Assembly (NCBI GenBank): GCA_965215015.1 | Contig: OZ244042.1 | Span: forward strand, 2,048,001 to 2,112,000 | Source of the DNA: Candidatus Poribacteria bacterium | Lineage (GTDB): Bacteria; Poribacteria; WGA-4E; PCPOR2b | Direction: 5' to 3' | DNA length: 64,000 nucleotides | Shown here: piece by piece, positions 59,435 to 64,000 of the stretch | Layout of the letters: the number at the start of each line of letters is the position of its first letter | How positions within the stretch are numbered: position 1 is the first letter of the stretch | Notes under the pieces: model-generated | Told to the model about the DNA's origin: nothing | Databases searched by the model: none | The model's input: only the letters and a program-made list of their open reading frames with translations | Made by a program: the position numbers and the translations under genes

Positions 59435-59998
59435 CTACCCGTTCAGGAAATTCTTCAACAGCTTTTTCCCTTCGCTGGTCAGGATCGACTCCGGATGGAA
59501 CTGCACCCCCCAGATCGGATAATCTTTATGCCGAACCCCCATAATTTCGTCTTGGTCCGTCCACGCAGTGAGTTCAAGGCAATCCGGCAGCGTCTCCTTT
59601 TTCACAATCAGAGAATGGTAGCGTGTCGCCTCAAACGGGTTTTCAAGGTCGTCGAAAATTTGCTCACCGTTGTGGTGAATCATTGACGTTTTGCCGTGCA
59701 TCAAGCGGCCCGCACGGACGATATCGCCGCCAAACACATCGCCGATACACTGATGCCCCAAGCAGACGCCGAGAAGGGGCACACGCCCGGCAAAATGACG
59801 GATCAGATCGCAGGAAATGCCTGCCTCCCGAGGTGTGCAGGGCCCCGGCGATATGACAATCTTCTCCGGCGGGAGGACGTCAATCTGGTCGAGCGTGATT
59901 TTATCATTGCGATGGACGACAAGGTCCGCACCTAACTCGCCGAGGTATTGCACGAGGTTGTAGGTAAATGAATCATAATTGTCAATCATCAATATCAT
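59435..59998 (-). CDS. trpG: Anthranilate/aminodeoxychorismate synthase component II
   Basis: [33 protein letters not shown]. Confidence 0.93.
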   Translation of the reverse strand: MILMIDNYDSFTYNLVQYLGELGADLVVHRNDKITLDQIDVLPPEKIVISPGPCTPREAGISCDLIRHFAGRVPLLGVCLGHQCIGDVFGGDIVRAGRLMHGKTSMIHHNGEQIFDDLENPFEATRYHSLIVKKETLPDCLELTAWTDQDEIMGVRHKDYPIWGVQFHPESILTSEGKKLLKNFLNG

Positions 59999-60009
59999 AG
60001 GTTTGTCTC

Positions 60010-60390
60010 CTAACCCTGCACCTTTCCCACCTCAAAATCCTCTAAAAACTTCCTCATGGTCTCAAGGCGGAAGCGCCCACAATGCGCTGGATCTAAAAAG
60101 AAATCCCAGACAAAATTGGCAGAGTTTTGTTTCACCTGAGAGATGAGGGTATCGTAATTCTCTTCAATTCTTTCCTCAATCTGCGCTTTTGAAAACGAAT
60201 AGATTGGGTCAATTGATAGCACCGTATTTCCCAGAGCATTCATTTCGCTGTTAAAACTAGCAGGTCCGTCACCAACGCCGAGTAGGCATAAGTTCAGTTC
60301 CGCATCAGAGAGATTGAACATCCGCTTATACTCTTGTAGCGATCTGCCCCAAGGGATGACTTGGTTAAGTGTCACACTCACGGTTTGCAC
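60010..60390 (-). pseudogene. 3'-truncated SAM-dependent methyltransferase-like gene
   Basis: PWGRS..EY..MF, G.GDGPASFN, DPIY; ends at 126 aa before the expected C-terminal half. Confidence 0.6.
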
Positions 60391-60402
60391 CCTATTGCCG
60401 AT

Positions 60403-61887
60403 TTATTCCAGGCCAGCCTCTGCGAGTTCAATTGCTCGTAACCCCGCCCGCGCCTTGTTGACCGTTTCCGCGTATTCCGTTTCGGGCACAGAGTCTGCGA
60501 CAATCCCGCCGCCCGCCTGGACGTAGGCAATCCCATCTTTGACGACGAGCGTGCGAATCGTAATCGCTGTATCTGCACTACCCGAGAAACTGAAGTAACC
60601 AACAGCTCCGCCATAAGGGCCCCGCCGTGTCGGCTCAAGTTCATCGATAATCTCCATCGCCCGGATCTTGGGGGCACCGGATAGCGTCCCGGCAGGCAAG
60701 CAAGCGCGAATCACATCAAAGGGGGTCTGCCCCTCGCGCAATTCTCCGACAACATGCGAGACGATGTGCATCACATGCGAGTAGCGTTCGACCACCATCA
60801 TCTCACTCACGCGCACAGTGTGGTATTCGCAGACGCGCCCCAAATCGTTGCGTCCAAGGTCAACGAGCATGACATGTTCAGCCCGCTCCTTTGGATCGGC
60901 GAGAAGTTCCATTGCCAACGCCTCATCTTCAGCCGGGGTTGCGCCACGCGGGCGGGTGCCTGCGATTGGACGCATCTCCGCAACACCGTCCTCAACGCGC
61001 ACCATCATTTCAGGCGAGGCACCAGCAATCTGGAGTTCATCAAACTTGAGGTAATACATATAAGGTGAAGGGTTCACCGTGCGCAACGCGCGATAAGCAT
61101 CGAATGTATCGACTGATAGCGGCACGGTAAAACGTTGAGACGGCACGACCTGAATGATGTCTCCCGCGGCGATATACTCCTTTGCCCGAAGGACAACCTG
61201 ATGGTAATCTTCCTTCGTAAAGTTTGACGTGACAGGCACATTGCTTGGACTTGCAAGAGGCTTATTAGTATAATTCGTCAACAATGGCTGTTTGAGTTTA
61301 GCCATGAGTCCGTCAATCTGATCAAGCGCGTGTTCGTAGGCTTGGTCAACATCACCGTTAATATAGGCATTGGCGACCACCTTGATCTGATGGTTCACAT
61401 GATCAAACACAAGAAGCGTATCGGTGACCATGAAAAAGCAATCGGGGAGTTCCCGATCATCTTCGGTAGTGTCAGGGAGGTCCTCGACGAAACGCACCAT
61501 GTCGTAGTTTAGGTAGCCGACTGCCCCACCGTGAAACCGCGGCAATCCCTCGACCTCAACGGGTTGGTAGCGACCCATCAATGCTTCAAGCTCCGCTAAC
61601 GGGTCCTCACTTTCCAATTCAACCGTACCCCCGGTTCGGAGGTCATCAATCTGGACCAGATTGTCCCTGCTCCTAAGTAGGATTGATGGGGCACTGCCGA
61701 GAAACGAATACCGGGCGACGTGTTCTCCTCCTTCAACGCTTTCCAGCAGGAATGCGTGATCACTGGCTCCAATCTTGTAAAACGCGGACACAGGCGTTTC
61801 CATATCCGCCAGAATCTGTTTATAAACAGGAACCAAGTTTCCGTGTCGCGCTTTTTCTCGAAAAGCCTCTAAGCTTGGGTAATACAT
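60403..61887 (-). CDS. trpE: Anthranilate synthase component I
   Basis: LLES, NPSPYMY, PIAGTR, KERAEH.MLVDL.RND, PAGTLSGAPK, QAGGGIVADS. Confidence 0.95.
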   Translation of the reverse strand: MYYPSLEAFREKARHGNLVPVYKQILADMETPVSAFYKIGASDHAFLLESVEGGEHVARYSFLGSAPSILLRSRDNLVQIDDLRTGGTVELESEDPLAELEALMGRYQPVEVEGLPRFHGGAVGYLNYDMVRFVEDLPDTTEDDRELPDCFFMVTDTLLVFDHVNHQIKVVANAYINGDVDQAYEHALDQIDGLMAKLKQPLLTNYTNKPLASPSNVPVTSNFTKEDYHQVVLRAKEYIAAGDIIQVVPSQRFTVPLSVDTFDAYRALRTVNPSPYMYYLKFDELQIAGASPEMMVRVEDGVAEMRPIAGTRPRGATPAEDEALAMELLADPKERAEHVMLVDLGRNDLGRVCEYHTVRVSEMMVVERYSHVMHIVSHVVGELREGQTPFDVIRACLPAGTLSGAPKIRAMEIIDELEPTRRGPYGGAVGYFSFSGSADTAITIRTLVVKDGIAYVQAGGGIVADSVPETEYAETVNKARAGLRAIELAEAGLE

Positions 61888-61907
61888 GGAAGTCTCCTTA
61901 AAATCTA

Positions 61908-62288
61908 TCAGTACACTGCATCCGGATCAAAAACCTTTTCACCAACAATACGGGTAGAGTTACCATCGGGGGAGACTTCCCGAAAGAAACAGGAGCGGTA
62001 GCCGACGTGGCACGCCCCACCTTTCTGTTCGACTTTGATGAGCAGCGCATCACCATCACAATCAAAGGCGACCGTTCGCACCGTTTGCGTGTGCCCTGAA
62101 GTCTCCCCCTTGATCCAGTATTCCTGGCGGGAGCGGCTCCAGAAGCAGACACGCCCTGATTCTAATGTTCTCCGCACTGCCTCGCGGTTCATATAGCCGA
62201 CCATGAGAACCTCGTTGTTCCGGTCATCCTGTATAATGGCTGGGATTAAGCCGTTCTGGTCGGTTTTGAGTTGATTTAGAATTTCCAT
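61908..62288 (-). CDS. hisI: Phosphoribosyl-AMP cyclohydrolase
   Basis: [26 protein letters not shown]. Confidence 0.96.
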   Translation of the reverse strand: MEILNQLKTDQNGLIPAIIQDDRNNEVLMVGYMNREAVRRTLESGRVCFWSRSRQEYWIKGETSGHTQTVRTVAFDCDGDALLIKVEQKGGACHVGYRSCFFREVSPDGNSTRIVGEKVFDPDAVY

Positions 62289-62319
62289 TTTTTTTCCTCG
62301 TTTGGCAGAAAATAGACAT

Positions 62320-62360
62320 AAAAAAAGCCGTAGACAACGGGGGGCGTATGCCTACGGCTT
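62320..62360 (-). terminator. Attenuator terminator
   Basis: AAGCCGTAGGCA / TGTCTACGGCTT stem then further Ts, ~30 nt before the hisI start. Confidence 0.85.
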
Positions 62361-62386
62361 CAGTTTCTAGATATGAGTCCAAAGGT

Positions 62387-62485
62387 TCATCTCAGCAAAG
62401 GCACACCACTTCCCTCAACACACCACCACCAATGCCAATGATGAAATACGATTTGAAATTGTGGTTGTCGGTTCAGAGTTTGCAT
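62387..62485 (-). CDS. His/Trp-rich leader peptide MQTLNRQPQFQIVFHHWHWWWCVEGSGVPLLR
   Basis: GAAAGGT RBS; CAT CAT TGG CAT TGG TGG TGG; lies between promoter and terminator. Confidence 0.88.
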   Translation of the reverse strand: MQTLNRQPQFQIVFHHWHWWWCVEGSGVPLLR

Positions 62486-62521
62486 AGTACCTTTCAACTG
62501 CTTCTTTGTCAGATTGCTTAA

Positions 62522-62551
62522 AGCATATCATAATTCCAGTTTCTGTGTCAA
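62522..62551 (-). promoter_or_regulatory. Promoter of the leader-hisI-trp operon
   Basis: TTGACA-N18-TATGCT with TG extension. Confidence 0.65.
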
Positions 62552-62572
62552 GAAAATTCCGATGCAGTGTTC

Positions 62573-63385
62573 TCACCTAACTAACGGCTTCAAAAACTCG
62601 ATGCTTTGACGCGCAATTGTCTCTGGATCCGGTTCAAAATTGAAGACTTCGGTTGAAAGATAACCGGTGTAATTAATCTCCTTCAATGCCTCGATAATTG
62701 GTGGATAATCCACATTACCGGAACCGGGGAGATAGCCATTATCGTCGTTGGTGTGAAAATGTGCCACGTGTTTGGCGTATTTGCGGATCTGCGTGGGCAT
62801 GTCCAAATTTTCGGCGGCTGTACTCGTCACGTCAAGAATTATCTGAAAATTCGGGTTATCGACCGCTTTGACCATTTCTACCGCTGCCGCCGGTGTGTTG
62901 ATGAAATTTGTGCTTTGACTTGTCAATGGTTCCATGCACAAGATAACATCCTGTTCTTGAGCAGATTCGGCGCACGCCGCGAAGGTTTCCTGCGCATAAC
63001 GCCACGCCTGCTCCTGTGTCAATGGATCCAGTATGTTCCGTTCATTGGGTGAACCGATAACCATAATCTTCCCACCCAGATCGGCACAACACGAGATCAG
63101 CGCAAAAAAATAATCTCGTGTTTGCTCGCGAATGGCTCCATCAGGGTGATTAACGTGCAACCCCTTTGGCGAGACCAACAGCCAGTGAAGACCAGCGATT
63201 TCGATTTTTGCTGCCTCCGCTGCTTTTCGGATCCGATCTCTTTCGGTTTGATTGATGTCTAACACCGACTCTGCGAGCGTGAAAGGTGCAAGCTCCACCG
63301 CATCGTAGCCGAGTTTGGCAGCACACAGAAAGACATCTTCAATCTGCCAATCCTCAAACATTTCGTTGCAGATAGCTAGTTTCAT
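62573..63385 (-). CDS. Sugar phosphate isomerase/epimerase (AP endonuclease 2 TIM barrel)
   Basis: GYDAVE, MEPL, LDV, HFH.ND, PGSG.VD, S.EVF; AGGAG RBS. Confidence 0.85.
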   Translation of the reverse strand: MKLAICNEMFEDWQIEDVFLCAAKLGYDAVELAPFTLAESVLDINQTERDRIRKAAEAAKIEIAGLHWLLVSPKGLHVNHPDGAIREQTRDYFFALISCCADLGGKIMVIGSPNERNILDPLTQEQAWRYAQETFAACAESAQEQDVILCMEPLTSQSTNFINTPAAAVEMVKAVDNPNFQIILDVTSTAAENLDMPTQIRKYAKHVAHFHTNDDNGYLPGSGNVDYPPIIEALKEINYTGYLSTEVFNFEPDPETIARQSIEFLKPLVR

Positions 63386-63408
63386 GATCAACTCCTGATT
63401 CCGTTGAA

Positions 63409-64000
63409 TTAAAGACCTTCTTGCCACCGTTGGATGAGATTTGCATCAATGTCAAACTGATCCAGTACCTTCGTGACGACGAAATTAATCATATCATCAA
63501 CCGTTTTGGGGAAGTGGTAAAAGCCCGGCATCGCAGGAAGCACCACCGCACCGAGTTGGGACAACTTGAGCATATTCTCGAGATGGATGGCACTCAGCGG
63601 CGTCTCACGGGGCACGAGGACCAATTTACGCCGCTCCTTGATGCAGACATCGGCAGCGCGATGGATGAGGTTTCGGGAAATGCCTGCGGCTATTGCGCCG
63701 ATAGTCCCCATGCTGCATGGCGCAACGACCATACCCACAGTGCGGAAGGAGCCGCTGGCAATTGAGGCCCCGATGTCGGACTGATGGTGATAAATCACCC
63801 GATCTGAAGAATAGCCAATTAAGGATTCAAGGCAGAAATTGCCCAGATCCACACAAATCTGCAGCTCTTCCCACAACGCCCTTGCGCCGGAGTCGGAAAT
63901 CGTCAAATGAATTTCAGTGCCATCACATCGGGTGAGGATCTCCAGCAGACGCACACCGTAGATAACGGCACTCGCTCCTGTTATTCCGAGAATTATACGT
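63409..64000 (-). CDS. ubiX: Flavin prenyltransferase UbiX (5' end beyond window)
   Basis: GITGAS..IYG, IASGS, PCSMGT, RAADV..KE.R, RETPL, PAMPGFY. Confidence 0.95.
   Translation of the reverse strand, partial: RIILGITGASAVIYGVRLLEILTRCDGTEIHLTISDSGARALWEELQICVDLGNFCLESLIGYSSDRVIYHHQSDIGASIASGSFRTVGMVVAPCSMGTIGAIAAGISRNLIHRAADVCIKERRKLVLVPRETPLSAIHLENMLKLSQLGAVVLPAMPGFYHFPKTVDDMINFVVTKVLDQFDIDANLIQRWQEGL

Noticed and set aside
62320-62485. T-box or metabolite riboswitch ahead of hisI
   Set aside because: No T-box consensus seen; the leader-peptide model explains all elements

Overview
64 kb of bacterial chromosome. Gene content suggests a 'Candidatus Poribacteria'-like organism (inference): PhyH dioxygenases, sulfatase-fold and GH-like beta-propeller proteins, Gfo/Idh/MocA oxidoreductases, PD40 proteins with a 'SV.P..L..TL.G.IK' tail, and dense modular intergenic repeats. 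Most of the window is catabolic or housekeeping genes, plus gspC-like/gspD, fdhD, ubiX and a hisI-trpE-trpG operon. No rRNA, tRNA or CRISPR array was seen. Highlights: (1) an unannotated 32-aa leader peptide with mixed His and Trp control codons (HHWHWWW), with promoter, antiterminator and terminator ahead of hisI-trpE-trpG, i.e. a candidate dual His/Trp attenuator; (2) a TIGR04255 / unknown / ART-like three-gene module inside a decayed type I R-M locus, a candidate defence system; (3) a leader with the architecture of antisense-RNA-controlled attenuation at 51.4-51.7 kb; (4) a family of terminal-inverted-repeat elements with variable cargo; (5) many deletion-eroded relics (phoX, tnpB ends, hsdR, half hsdS). 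All family assignments come from motif recognition by eye; no searches were run.
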